This document shows, piece after piece, positions 1 through 9,541 of a DNA stretch of 64,000 nt. The notes under the pieces were generated by a model. It ran no database searches, was not told where the DNA came from, and saw nothing but the letters and a program-made list of their open reading frames with translations. This stretch comes from Candidatus Gottesmanbacteria bacterium GW2011_GWA2_43_14 (GTDB lineage: Bacteria; Patescibacteriota; Microgenomatia; 2-02-FULL-39-11). The stretch's first letter is position 1, and each line of letters begins with the position of its first letter. Both the position numbers and the translations under genes were made by a program. The stretch lies in the NCBI GenBank assembly GCA_000999095.1, contig LCFP01000004.1, positions 13,429 to 77,428 on the forward strand, given 5' to 3'.

Positions 1-142
1 CCAAACCATGTCCCAGGTATTCGTCTCCGACCCCTGCCTTACCGGAAAACTGATTTCCCTTACGCTCTTCTTACAATTTCTACTGAAATCCTTTCTTTAA
101 ATTGGGTAATATATTCATTCCTTAACAATTAAAAAATAACGC

Positions 143-1390
143 ATGTCGGAAAAAGAGTTAAAAGGGAAGATTAAAAACAAAACTGTTCTTGTAGGCATAG
201 TCGGTGTAGGTTATGTCGGAGAAGCACTCGCCTATGCCATTACCAATAAAGGTTTCCATACAGTCGGTTTCGAAATAGATCAATCGAGAATTACATTTTT
301 GAAGAATAAGCAAATCCCGCGTTTCACTATTACTTCGAATAAGAACTTGCTGAAGGACTGTCAGGTAATTCTGATCAGCATCCCTACACCATTGCTACCC
401 GATAAGTCTCCCGATCTGAGTTATTTAAAACAGGCAGTTTTGGAAGTATCCCAAAGGCTGTCGCCGGGAAAACTGGTTGTCATCGAATCTTCTGTTGCGC
501 CCGGTACAACCGCTGACATTCTTCAACCCATACTCGAATCTTCTCATTTAAAAGCTGAAAAAGATTTTTACCTGGCATATTCCCCTGAGCGGGTAGATCC
601 CGGCAACAGATCCTTTAATGTCAACAGTATTCCCAAAGTAGTCTCCGGAATAGGACCCCTTTCGTTGTCACTGGCCTCTGCCTTTTACCGCCAGATCGTC
701 GAGAAAGTTGTACCGGTATCAAATACGACGACGGCTGAAATGACTAAAGTTCTGGAAAATGTCTTCCGGCTGGTAAACATTTCTTTGGTTAATGAATTAG
801 TGGAATATGCAAAAGCACTCAAAATCAATATGTGGGAAGTCATAGATGCGGCCGCCACCAAACCCTTCGGTTTTCTCGCTCACTACCCCGGACCGGGTGC
901 CGGAGGATACTGCATACCTGTTCTTCCCATGTATCTTCTGGAGAGCGCCCGGAAAAAAAATATCCGTTTGCCTCTGGTTGAAACAGCTGAAGCTTTAAAC
1001 GATCACCAGCCGGAAAAAGTTGCCGGTATGGCACTCAATATCCTTAACGGGAAAAAAGAGGATAAAAATCATCCCCCGAAAGCACTTTTAATCGGCATCA
1101 GTTATAAAGCGGATTTAGCCGATACCAGAGAATCGGTTGCCCTGAAAATTTGGCGAAGACTGGAAGATGAAGGTGTGGAAGTTTACTACCATGACCCTTA
1201 CGTATCAAAATTAAACGGCTCAACTTCTGTAAACCTTGATCCGGGAATCATAAAAGACATGAATCTGATCATCATTACAACACCTCATAAAAATATACCT
1301 TATGAAACCCTTGTCTCCTCTGATAAACCGCTGTTTGATACTCAAAATGTCCTGAGTAATTTCCACAACGGAAATATCATCAGACTATAA
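143..1390 (+). CDS. UDP-glucose/GDP-mannose dehydrogenase family nucleotide-sugar dehydrogenase. Plausibly UDP-glucose 6-dehydrogenase feeding the adjacent UXS-like gene.
   Basis: N-terminal Rossmann motif VGIVGVGYVGEALA. Length and overall layout fit the UDP-sugar dehydrogenase family. Sits next to a UXS-like gene. Confidence 0.75.
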   Translation: MSEKELKGKIKNKTVLVGIVGVGYVGEALAYAITNKGFHTVGFEIDQSRITFLKNKQIPRFTITSNKNLLKDCQVILISIPTPLLPDKSPDLSYLKQAVLEVSQRLSPGKLVVIESSVAPGTTADILQPILESSHLKAEKDFYLAYSPERVDPGNRSFNVNSIPKVVSGIGPLSLSLASAFYRQIVEKVVPVSNTTTAEMTKVLENVFRLVNISLVNELVEYAKALKINMWEVIDAAATKPFGFLAHYPGPGAGGYCIPVLPMYLLESARKKNIRLPLVETAEALNDHQPEKVAGMALNILNGKKEDKNHPPKALLIGISYKADLADTRESVALKIWRRLEDEGVEVYYHDPYVSKLNGSTSVNLDPGIIKDMNLIIITTPHKNIPYETLVSSDKPLFDTQNVLSNFHNGNIIRL

Positions 1391-1402
1391 ACCATATACT
1401 GT

Positions 1403-2347
1403 ATGATAATCTTAATCACCGGCGGCGCCGGTTTCATTGGACTGAATTTGTCGGCACGCTTACTGCGGCTTGGTCATGAAGTTACGTCGCTGGATAACTA
1501 TATAACCTCTGATAAAAATAATATTTCTGCTTTGAAAAATGAACCGGGATTCAAATTCTTTGAAACTGACATCATCAATCCCTTACCCAATCATGTAGTT
1601 AAGGTAAAGTTTGACCGCATTTACCATTTAGCCTGTCCAACTGGGGTACCGAACCTGACTGTTCTTGACAGTGAAATGGCCTTGACCTGTTCTCTCGGTA
1701 CTTTAAACATCCTCGAACTTGCCAAAAAAAACGGCAGCCGGCTTCTCTTTACGAGCAGTTCCGAAATTTACGGTAATCCCCTTATTTCACCACAAACTGA
1801 AAATTATACAGGCAATGTTGATCCTGTCGGTATACGCGCGCCCTATGAAGAAGGCAAACGTTTTGCCGAAACTTTGGTTAAAATTTATTACCGCAAATAC
1901 AATTTGCAGGCAAAAATCGTCAGAATTTTCAATACTTACGGTCCTTACATGGCCGCCGGCGACACCAGAGTCATTCCTCTTTTTTTTACACGGTGTTTGA
2001 ACGGCATGAGCCTTCCGCTGCACGGTGACGGCAACCAGAAACGAACTTTTCTTTATATTGACGACCTGATTGAAGGACTTTTGACTGTCATGGAAAAAGG
2101 CGGCGCCGGAGAAGTCTATAATCTGGGCAACCATCATTCGGTCACTATTTTTCACCTGGCAGAAAAAATTCTTAAACTCACCGGAAACACCGCGGGGTTG
2201 GAAAAAACCGACAGGCCTCCGCATGACCACCAGACCAGAATGCCCGACCTAACCAGAATCAGCCGATTAGGCTGGCAGCCTTCCGTTTCACTTGACGAAG
2301 GATTACAAAAAACCTTCCTCTGGCTGCAAAAACAAGTGAAAACATGA
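1403..2347 (+). CDS. NAD-dependent epimerase/dehydratase, UDP-glucuronate decarboxylase (UDP-xylose synthase)-like
   Basis: ILITGGAGFIG Rossmann motif. YEEGKRFAE catalytic YxxxK motif as in UXS. About 314 aa. Confidence 0.75.
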   Translation: MIILITGGAGFIGLNLSARLLRLGHEVTSLDNYITSDKNNISALKNEPGFKFFETDIINPLPNHVVKVKFDRIYHLACPTGVPNLTVLDSEMALTCSLGTLNILELAKKNGSRLLFTSSSEIYGNPLISPQTENYTGNVDPVGIRAPYEEGKRFAETLVKIYYRKYNLQAKIVRIFNTYGPYMAAGDTRVIPLFFTRCLNGMSLPLHGDGNQKRTFLYIDDLIEGLLTVMEKGGAGEVYNLGNHHSVTIFHLAEKILKLTGNTAGLEKTDRPPHDHQTRMPDLTRISRLGWQPSVSLDEGLQKTFLWLQKQVKT

Positions 2348-3600
2348 AACCGATTTCACCGCTACCGTTAGGTATCAGCACCTCCTTTTGGTTTATTATC
2401 GGCTTTATCAGGGCAATCCATGAACAGCTGGTCAAATTAACTAACAGAAAAAAAACCAGGAATGTCTTTAAAAAACAGGATATCGCCGTTATTGTTCCGG
2501 CCCATAACGAAGAAAAAGTTATCGGAAAAAACCTCCGGGCTTTGAGTAGAATTCTTGATAAAAGACAGATTTTCGTTGCCTCGGACGGTTCAACGGATAA
2601 AACATATGAAATTGCCAAAAAAATGAAAGTCCACGCGGTTAATCTTTCACCAGGCCGGGGAAAAGCCAAAGCGCTTACCTACCTCATCAGTTGTTTTCGG
2701 TTGTTCAGCCGCTACCGTCTTATTTTTATAGTTGATGCCGACACGGAGATTGACCGTAATTATCTCAAAAACGCCCTGCCTTTTTTTAACGATGCTAAAA
2801 CTGCGGTCGTCTTCGGATCTGCACACGTCCATTGGCCGCGTCATATAATCCCCAAAGACAGGCTGCAATTTGTTTCATACAGGATCCGCTTAAATTTAAT
2901 GCTGGTCTATTTTATGATTTACGGCCAAACATGGAAATACTCAAATGTCAGTTATGTCGTTCCGGGTTTTGCCACTCTCTACCGGTCTGATGTTTTAAAA
3001 CAACTGGAGATTGATACTCCCGGACTCTTGATTGAAGACTTCAATCTGGCATTTCAACTGCACAAAAAAGGTTTGGGCAGAATTGCCTATCATCCTTCAA
3101 TTGTTGCCTGGGACCAGCATCCGGACAATCTTACGGATTATTGGAACCAGGTGAAACGCTGGAATATCGGATTTTTCCAAACAGTCAGACACCACGGTTT
3201 TTGGCCTTCTTTTTTTTATCTGTCCCTAATTATTTTTTCCCTGGAAGTATTTTTAAATTCGATACTGATGGTTGCTCTTCCGTTTTTGCTGATATATCTA
3301 ATTCTGCCATCGATTTGGCCCAATGACCTTCTGATCATGGATTATCAGTCACTCTACCTGGCTTTCGGACCTTTTAAAAATCTGACCCTTAATGATATTC
3401 TGGTTGCTCTATTCATCTGGGATTATCTGATGACGGTTTTTCTGGGTATCATTCATCGTAAGCCGCAATTTATTTTTTACGGAGTTTTTTTTGTATTTAT
3501 TCACTTTATTACCTCAGTAATTTTACTTATTTCGGTAATTCCCGGATTTCTGTCAGTTTCTGACGGGCGCTGGATATCACCAACCAGAAGAAAAGAATAA
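2344..3600 (+). CDS. Family 2 glycosyltransferase with a C-terminal multi-TM domain (membrane synthase-like)
   Basis: VIVPAHNEE...DGSTD...DAD motifs typical of GT2-A. The C-terminal third has several hydrophobic helices. The start overlaps the upstream stop (ATGA-type coupling). Confidence 0.65.
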   Translation: MKPISPLPLGISTSFWFIIGFIRAIHEQLVKLTNRKKTRNVFKKQDIAVIVPAHNEEKVIGKNLRALSRILDKRQIFVASDGSTDKTYEIAKKMKVHAVNLSPGRGKAKALTYLISCFRLFSRYRLIFIVDADTEIDRNYLKNALPFFNDAKTAVVFGSAHVHWPRHIIPKDRLQFVSYRIRLNLMLVYFMIYGQTWKYSNVSYVVPGFATLYRSDVLKQLEIDTPGLLIEDFNLAFQLHKKGLGRIAYHPSIVAWDQHPDNLTDYWNQVKRWNIGFFQTVRHHGFWPSFFYLSLIIFSLEVFLNSILMVALPFLLIYLILPSIWPNDLLIMDYQSLYLAFGPFKNLTLNDILVALFIWDYLMTVFLGIIHRKPQFIFYGVFFVFIHFITSVILLISVIPGFLSVSDGRWISPTRRKE

Positions 3601-3608
3601 AAATTGAT

Positions 3609-4718
3609 TTATTCCAAGCGGTAATTTTTCGACTTAATATCATTCCAGATTGCCGGATCCTCACCTCCCAAATGCCAAAAGTTAACACCTTTAAATCCGA
3701 ATTTACGGGCTAAAGTCATTTTAGACCGAATACTACGGGCATTTTCATACCAGACCACATGCTCTTCTTCTTCATCATCCGTATATTCAAAATAGGGAGA
3801 GGCAACCAAATTATCCCAATCTTCCTGAATACTTTTACTGCTCAATAATTCATAAATATCCCTATATGATAATCCTTCTGCACTCTGATCATCGTCGCGA
3901 TTCCAATCCAGTCCATACATAGGCAATCCTAAATAAAATTTATTAAGCGGCAAATTCAAGGAATCAGCATACATCAGAATTTCTTCCAGCCAGCCGATCG
4001 AAGCGATAGGACCTGCACGGCTTTGCTGCCAATGTTCTCCGTATCCCATGATGTACAGTTCATCCGCAGCTTTGGCTAAAGCCGTCCAGTCTTGGGAACG
4101 GGAACCGTTATTTTCACTTATTTTATTCTCGCCGCTTTTAGGATGAAGCGCGACTCCCAAAAACAGCTTTTCCCGGTATAGAGATTGCGCCAGCTCACTG
4201 ATAAAATCCGTGTACTCCTCCCTGAAATTCTCATCAACCTCTTCATAATCAATGGTGATTCCGTCAAACGGCAGACTTTTACCGATTTTGATTATCTCAC
4301 CAATATGTTTATCCCTGTCTTCTTTTGTTGAAATATTCCTTTCCACCAGATCAGAATCCCAACTCGTATTCTCATCTTCGGGAAGATTGGTAATAACTGC
4401 AGAAACTTTAATCCCTTTTTCATGGGCAAATTCAATAATCTTCTTATCTTCCGTGGCGTCGGCGTATTTTGCCAACTTTCCGTCATTATCAATGAAATAC
4501 CAAAATAGGCTGAGGGATGAGATTTGCTTATAATTTTCATTCAATGACTTTACCGCATCAGTCTGGACCCAATAAGGAATGGAAGCACGTATCGACAAGT
4601 CATCCGTTTTAATTTCAGGTTTTTGATCCTTAATGTTTTTATTGAGGTTAAAAAAATACCCTGCTGCTAATGCGACAGGCAGAAAAAACAGCGTCATCAG
4701 AATTTTAAATCTGAACAT
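3609..4718 (-). CDS. Glycoside hydrolase family 18-like secreted or membrane-anchored protein
   Basis: N-terminal hydrophobic signal/anchor. FDGITIDYEE resembles the GH18 DGxDxDxE catalytic motif, with the second Asp replaced by Thr. Confidence 0.5.
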   Translation of the reverse strand: MFRFKILMTLFFLPVALAAGYFFNLNKNIKDQKPEIKTDDLSIRASIPYWVQTDAVKSLNENYKQISSLSLFWYFIDNDGKLAKYADATEDKKIIEFAHEKGIKVSAVITNLPEDENTSWDSDLVERNISTKEDRDKHIGEIIKIGKSLPFDGITIDYEEVDENFREEYTDFISELAQSLYREKLFLGVALHPKSGENKISENNGSRSQDWTALAKAADELYIMGYGEHWQQSRAGPIASIGWLEEILMYADSLNLPLNKFYLGLPMYGLDWNRDDDQSAEGLSYRDIYELLSSKSIQEDWDNLVASPYFEYTDDEEEEHVVWYENARSIRSKMTLARKFGFKGVNFWHLGGEDPAIWNDIKSKNYRLE

Positions 4719-5530
4719 TAATGGGAATTTTTAAGGATTTTAACTGCATCTTCCGGTGATACATTCATGACAAGATCGATAATCGATAAGTTGGGAATAA
4801 ACTGCAGTTTGGGAAACAACTGGGGATATTCCCGGCAAACCCAATTCTGGACTTTGACTTTAATACCGTTTTCCTGGAAAATTTTCCTGTCCATATAGGC
4901 ATCATAGGCAGTTCCGCCGCAATAATCCTCATCGGCTCCCAGGAAGCGACAGAGTCTGACTATTTTTTCATTAGGGGAAAGTTTTTCCATTTTTTCTATT
5001 TCCTTTAATTCCGAACTTCTCTTAACGGACTTGAGCCGGAAAATTTTTTGTTTATTCAGCAGTTTATCCAATTTGTTGAAATCTTTATCCTGCCAGTAGT
5101 TTAAATTTTCACCGCTGATAAGGTAAGTCAGAGCCCAAACAATGGTGGCAATGTTCAAACTTGCCAGGTTGGGAAAACTGGTAGCCAGAATTGCCTGCAG
5201 AGAAGGAAATACGAGACTGAAATTTGGCGCTTTACCGTAGGAAATCTCCAATGTTTTCAGGTGTTTTCTGACCCAATCTAGTCCCCCGGTCAGTTCAGTT
5301 TCAGCAATCGGCCGGAAACGTTCTTTTACCGGAACAGACATCAGGAATCTGCCGAAAGTCTGTTTTATCGGAGTGTGGGATTGGTAAGACTTGTCATTGC
5401 GGCCGTCCGGGTATTTATGCTTCTTGACATACTGCACTTCATCGCGGATCAGGTATATATCCGTTTCCAGAATCCTGGCAAAATAATGTAACCTGGGAAA
5501 ATATTGGGGCTGGATTCCGCTATATCTCAT
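4718..5530 (-). CDS. WbqC-like family protein (polysaccharide biosynthesis associated)
   Basis: The N-terminus MRYSGIQPQYFPRLHYFARI matches the WbqC-like family signature (IMQPYFFPY...). Confidence 0.55.
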   Translation of the reverse strand: MRYSGIQPQYFPRLHYFARILETDIYLIRDEVQYVKKHKYPDGRNDKSYQSHTPIKQTFGRFLMSVPVKERFRPIAETELTGGLDWVRKHLKTLEISYGKAPNFSLVFPSLQAILATSFPNLASLNIATIVWALTYLISGENLNYWQDKDFNKLDKLLNKQKIFRLKSVKRSSELKEIEKMEKLSPNEKIVRLCRFLGADEDYCGGTAYDAYMDRKIFQENGIKVKVQNWVCREYPQLFPKLQFIPNLSIIDLVMNVSPEDAVKILKNSH

Positions 5531-6237
5531 AGGGAAATACGGTATATAACATAACTTTCTGCAAACTCAGTTCCGGACTGGCTGCCTCTGAGTATTGCCA
5601 GGGACCTGATAACCTCGGTTGACCGGGTATGGGGATACTCTCTTGCCTGAGATTCATAAAGTTCCATGGCCTCGATTTTCTTGCCGATATCCCTATCGTC
5701 TAAACCGACATAAAAGTTCGGCTGGGAAGGGTTTGAAATACCCCAACCGTTGGCGGCAAATTCATATCCTAAAACAACCGGCGTGTACGGTTTCATCTTC
5801 CGCGGAGAAGGCCGGACAGCGGCCATGACGGCCAATTGGCAAGCCCGGTGATCCTGGTTGTAATCGGTCAGTTGGCTGGTGGCGATGATGGTCGGACGTA
5901 TTTTATTAATGGATACGGCCGTTCCTGCTTCCAATGAATTAATAATGTTATGTAAAGGTAGCTTATCAAGCTGCAAATGGAACTCATTTCCCTTAAAACT
6001 TATGTCGTACCCGTCGAGTTCAAAAAAAGCCGCTGCCCTTTCGATTTCTTTTATTCTGTCAGCGGCAGTTGATTTGCCGGCTTTAGAATAATCGGCAGTC
6101 GTACCCACCGTCAGGTATAAAACGTAGACTTTGCCTCCGCTTTTTTTAATCCTGGACATTAAACCGGCACAACCCAGGACTTCATCATCGGGATGCGGGG
6201 CGATTACCAACAGTGACTCTTCGGATAGCTTGAACAT
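5527..6237 (-). CDS. PIG-L/LmbE family N-acetylglucosaminyl deacetylase
   Basis: VIAPHPDDEVLGCAG motif and a conserved HxxH region. Confidence 0.75.
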   Translation of the reverse strand: MFKLSEESLLVIAPHPDDEVLGCAGLMSRIKKSGGKVYVLYLTVGTTADYSKAGKSTAADRIKEIERAAAFFELDGYDISFKGNEFHLQLDKLPLHNIINSLEAGTAVSINKIRPTIIATSQLTDYNQDHRACQLAVMAAVRPSPRKMKPYTPVVLGYEFAANGWGISNPSQPNFYVGLDDRDIGKKIEAMELYESQAREYPHTRSTEVIRSLAILRGSQSGTEFAESYVIYRISL

Positions 6238-6363
6238 TATTGTTCTTCAACAACTGTGAAAGTAACACAATAATGTAAGATGAGCATGAAAAATGTAAAG
6301 CAAAAGAAGATCCGGCAAGAATTCTTACCGAATTATTACCGCTTTCTTACTTTATGACCAGCC

Positions 6364-6813
6364 TCACAAAGCGACTGTTACCTGTCCGGTATCTGCAGGG
6401 GATAGGTGGTTATGATAACCCCAAACTCCTTCAGCGTCGAAGGTAAATTTAAACGTGCCTCCCTGACCTACTTTGCTTTTTTGATCAAATTCCGGATAAA
6501 GACGGTGGGTCGGATGGTCGTCGGAAGCAATCCACATATCTTTGCCCGAGTTGTTGGTCCAGCTGACTGTCTCGCCTTTCTTTACGGAAATTTGTTCAGG
6601 AGTAAAACCCCCGGCAGTATATTCGACGGTTTTTTCTTCACCCGCGACCATGCCTTCTCCCGCTACGGCATCAATAATCTCCTGGGGAATGTCAGCTGCT
6701 GTTCCTTTTGTACCCAGGTTTTCGGTAGCAATTTCTGAATCCGTTGCAGTCTTGACCGCCGATCTGTTCCTGCCGGCGGAAATGACTGCCATGATTAAAA
6801 CGGCTATAAGCAA
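6364..6813 (-). CDS. Secreted small beta-sandwich (cupredoxin-like) protein. No Cys ligand is present.
   Basis: N-terminal TM/signal. The C-terminal domain has the pattern GGFTP..ISVKKGETVSWTN...HNH...GQVTV, which looks like a plastocyanin fold but has no cysteine. Confidence 0.3.
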   Translation of the reverse strand: MLIAVLIMAVISAGRNRSAVKTATDSEIATENLGTKGTAADIPQEIIDAVAGEGMVAGEEKTVEYTAGGFTPEQISVKKGETVSWTNNSGKDMWIASDDHPTHRLYPEFDQKSKVGQGGTFKFTFDAEGVWGYHNHLSPADTGQVTVAL

Positions 6814-6883
6814 AAGAGCTGCCAGTATATATTTTTTATTAATAGGAAATCACCTCCTTTAATTCTATTCTATGACAATTCCG

Positions 6884-7579
6884 TTATTTTCCGAAACGCC
6901 TTTTTCGGTTATGGTATTCTTTGACTGCTTTCCGGAATTGATCAGGTGTAAAATCCGGCCAATAAACTTTGGTGAAATAAAGTTCGCTGTATTCCGACTG
7001 CCACAGTAAAAAACCGGAGAGCCGCAATTCACCTCCGGTCCTGATGATCAAATCAGGATCAGGCTGCCCGGCAGTATCCAAATTTAAACCTAAGGTCTCA
7101 GGAGTCAGATCCTTTTTTTTACTTTTACCTGACGGGTCTGTTTTAAGCCATTTATTAACTGCCCTGATAATTTCATCTTTGCCGCCGTAGCTTAAGGCCA
7201 AATTTACCGTTATTGCGAGGTTATCTTTTGTTTTTTCCATCCATTTTCTGGTTTTGGCTTTCAAATCGTCTGAAAACCGCTCCAGATCGCCGATACAATT
7301 GATTTTGATTTTTTTGCGGTGGAAACTGTCCACTTTCCGGTCCAACACATGCCGGTAAAGGTTCATTAAAAAATCTATTTCTTTTTTCGGACGATGCCAA
7401 TTTTCCGTGGAAAAAGCCCAAAAGGTCAGATATTTGATCCCCAATTTGATGGCCTCATCAACAATCGGTTCAATTTTCTCTTCCCCCCTCTTATGACCTT
7501 CAAAAATTGGCCTGTTATGTTCTTTCGCCCATCGGCGGTTGCCGTCCATAATTATGGCTACATGCTGCAAATTGACCAT
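6884..7579 (-). CDS. uppS: Undecaprenyl diphosphate synthase (cis-prenyltransferase)
   Basis: HVAIIMDGNRRWAKE and the C-terminal RFG motif, classic for UPPS. Confidence 0.9.
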   Translation of the reverse strand: MVNLQHVAIIMDGNRRWAKEHNRPIFEGHKRGEEKIEPIVDEAIKLGIKYLTFWAFSTENWHRPKKEIDFLMNLYRHVLDRKVDSFHRKKIKINCIGDLERFSDDLKAKTRKWMEKTKDNLAITVNLALSYGGKDEIIRAVNKWLKTDPSGKSKKKDLTPETLGLNLDTAGQPDPDLIIRTGGELRLSGFLLWQSEYSELYFTKVYWPDFTPDQFRKAVKEYHNRKRRFGK

Positions 7580-7583
7580 AAAA

Positions 7584-8561
7584 TTAGAATAAGTGGCGGT
7601 CGGTTAATCTGGTTGCTGGTCCGGGACGGTTAATAATAATATCTTTTATACCTTCTTTTCTTAACAATTGATAGACTTTTGATTGATCAACCTCTCTGCT
7701 TAGCAGATGGAGATTATGCCCGGTATTCAAGCTGAAATAAACTTCCAGACCGGATTTCCGCCAGCTTCTGACTTTGGTCATCAGTTGTATTGTTTCAGGA
7801 TAAAGAAATATATATGATGGTTTACCCGTCATCATGATAGCATGCAGTTCAAATGCTTCAGCTTCCACTAAATTACCGAATTGTTCAAAATCCCTATTTC
7901 TTATGGACTCCTTTATCATTTTTAATTTTTCCGGCAAGAGAATCAGTCTTTCCCGGAAAAAGGGGCTTGTGTCGGCAGATGTCATTGCCAGCGAAGTCGC
8001 TACGGTTTTTTTCCGATTGCTTACAACCGCCACCAAATCAACAATATCCCAATAGTCGGCAGGAAAAACCGATTCGGCAAATGAAGTATGGTGATTCTTG
8101 CCTTTATGCCACTGGACAAACCCTGCGGGGATCGATCGGCAGGATGAACCCGAGGCTAACCTTGAAATAGAAGTCATAACTTTTTCTTCCAATTGAAGCT
8201 CCATTGAGGTAATTCCGGCCAAGGTAAAGGCTGCGAATCCTGAAGCTGAAGACGATAAGCCGGTTCCGACGGGGAAATTATTCTTTGAGACAATTCTGGC
8301 ACGGGTTTTAACTCCTTTTAATGACCTTATGCGTTCCAAATGTTGAATGATGCGCATTTTGGGTCTGCCGGAAGCTTTTTGACCGTCTATTTCCACCTGA
8401 TCAACCGTATAGACTGAAGAAAAATCTACAGTTGTCGTTGTTCTCAAATTATCCAAATTAACGGACAAACTGTCATTTACCGGCAGCCGTAAATTCTCAT
8501 CTTGCAAACCCCAGTATTTGATTAAGGCTAAATTGGAACAGGCCACGGCTGTTTTTTTCAT
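7584..8561 (-). CDS. Diphosphomevalonate decarboxylase family (MVD, or a phosphomevalonate decarboxylase)
   Basis: ACSNLALIKYWG N-terminal motif and GLSSSASG GHMP motif. Confidence 0.8.
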   Translation of the reverse strand: MKKTAVACSNLALIKYWGLQDENLRLPVNDSLSVNLDNLRTTTTVDFSSVYTVDQVEIDGQKASGRPKMRIIQHLERIRSLKGVKTRARIVSKNNFPVGTGLSSSASGFAAFTLAGITSMELQLEEKVMTSISRLASGSSCRSIPAGFVQWHKGKNHHTSFAESVFPADYWDIVDLVAVVSNRKKTVATSLAMTSADTSPFFRERLILLPEKLKMIKESIRNRDFEQFGNLVEAEAFELHAIMMTGKPSYIFLYPETIQLMTKVRSWRKSGLEVYFSLNTGHNLHLLSREVDQSKVYQLLRKEGIKDIIINRPGPATRLTDRHLF

Positions 8562-9535
8562 AAAATCGTTTCTTTCACTCCCTCTAATGTGATTTTGGCC
8601 GGGATAATTTCCCCCCCTGCTGAAAACAAGGCTTTTTTTACAGCTTCCCGATTCTGTTTATCCACCAAGGCAATCAGACAATCCCCTCCCCCGGCGCCGG
8701 AAATTTTAGCCCCGTATGCCCCTGCTTTTCTGGCAGAACCTATTAATTTATTTAATTTGGGTGTTGAGACTCCCAAATCTTCAAGAAAATCCTGATTTAA
8801 ATTCATAAGCTTTCCCGCTTCCGGAAGATCATTCATCATAAGTGATTGCCTGGCATTGATAACCAGCTGGCTTATTTTCTGAAAAATTTTTATCACAGCT
8901 TTTCTATCCTTCTTCATTTTTAGAGACACTTGCCGGATCATGGCTGTGGTATCTGCCTTTCTGCCGGAATAACAAATTACCAGTTCCGGCCGTGCTGTTA
9001 ATTTTTCCGTTAATGATCCTTTTTTATAGTAAATTATACCCCCATTTATAACTGCAGCCAGATCAAAACCGGAAGCTAACCCGTCCACGGATTTTATTGA
9101 CTCAAAAGACATGTCAAACAGCTCCCCTTTGGTTAAATGCAGCTGATACAAGCGCGCTAAAGCTGAAATTGAGGCTGCCGTGGCGGCAGCTGATGATCCG
9201 AGTCCGTAATTAGCGGAAAAAGTAGACTTAATGTCCAAATTGAAACCGGATTTGACTGGAAGTAAGGGGGTTATGGTTTTTATAGCCGATGCCAAATACG
9301 CTGACTGCTTAATCAACATACTGCTGTTAATTTCACTGATGCCGTCTATAATAATTTCCTTAAATAAATCACTCCGGATGACGATTTTAATGTCTTTCCT
9401 CAATTTTACAGTTACCACGAATTTAGTATCGATGGCAGCTGCCAAACAGGGGTAACCGTAAACGGCAGCATGCTCACCTAAGAGCATTAATTTACCGGGT
9501 GAGATGACCGAAATTTTTCTTGGTTTATCAAGCAC
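8558..9535 (-). CDS. GHMP kinase, mevalonate-kinase-like (copy 2). May be mevalonate kinase or phosphomevalonate kinase.
   Basis: LLGEHAAVYG N-terminal motif and GLGSSAAATAA phosphate-binding motif. Overlaps its neighbours as in an operon. Confidence 0.7.
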   Translation of the reverse strand: MLDKPRKISVISPGKLMLLGEHAAVYGYPCLAAAIDTKFVVTVKLRKDIKIVIRSDLFKEIIIDGISEINSSMLIKQSAYLASAIKTITPLLPVKSGFNLDIKSTFSANYGLGSSAAATAASISALARLYQLHLTKGELFDMSFESIKSVDGLASGFDLAAVINGGIIYYKKGSLTEKLTARPELVICYSGRKADTTAMIRQVSLKMKKDRKAVIKIFQKISQLVINARQSLMMNDLPEAGKLMNLNQDFLEDLGVSTPKLNKLIGSARKAGAYGAKISGAGGGDCLIALVDKQNREAVKKALFSAGGEIIPAKITLEGVKETIL

Positions 9536-9541
9536 CTTACT

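Noticed and set aside
840-1034. Many 60-110-aa ORFs on the opposite strand or in alternate frames inside long, well-supported CDSs. Examples: 840-1034, 1719-2000, 1787-2230, 4252-4540, 6406-6862, 34692-35957, 53279-53754.
   Set aside because: Each is fully nested in a gene with strong family motifs. They have low-complexity or hydrophobic translations with no motifs. I treated them as frame-shadow artefacts.
6290-6335. Imperfect 16-bp palindrome GGCAAGAATTCTTACC downstream of the cupredoxin-like gene. It could be a terminator or operator.
   Set aside because: The stem is short, has two mismatches, and is not followed by a clear U-tract on the transcribed strand. The evidence is insufficient to call a terminator.
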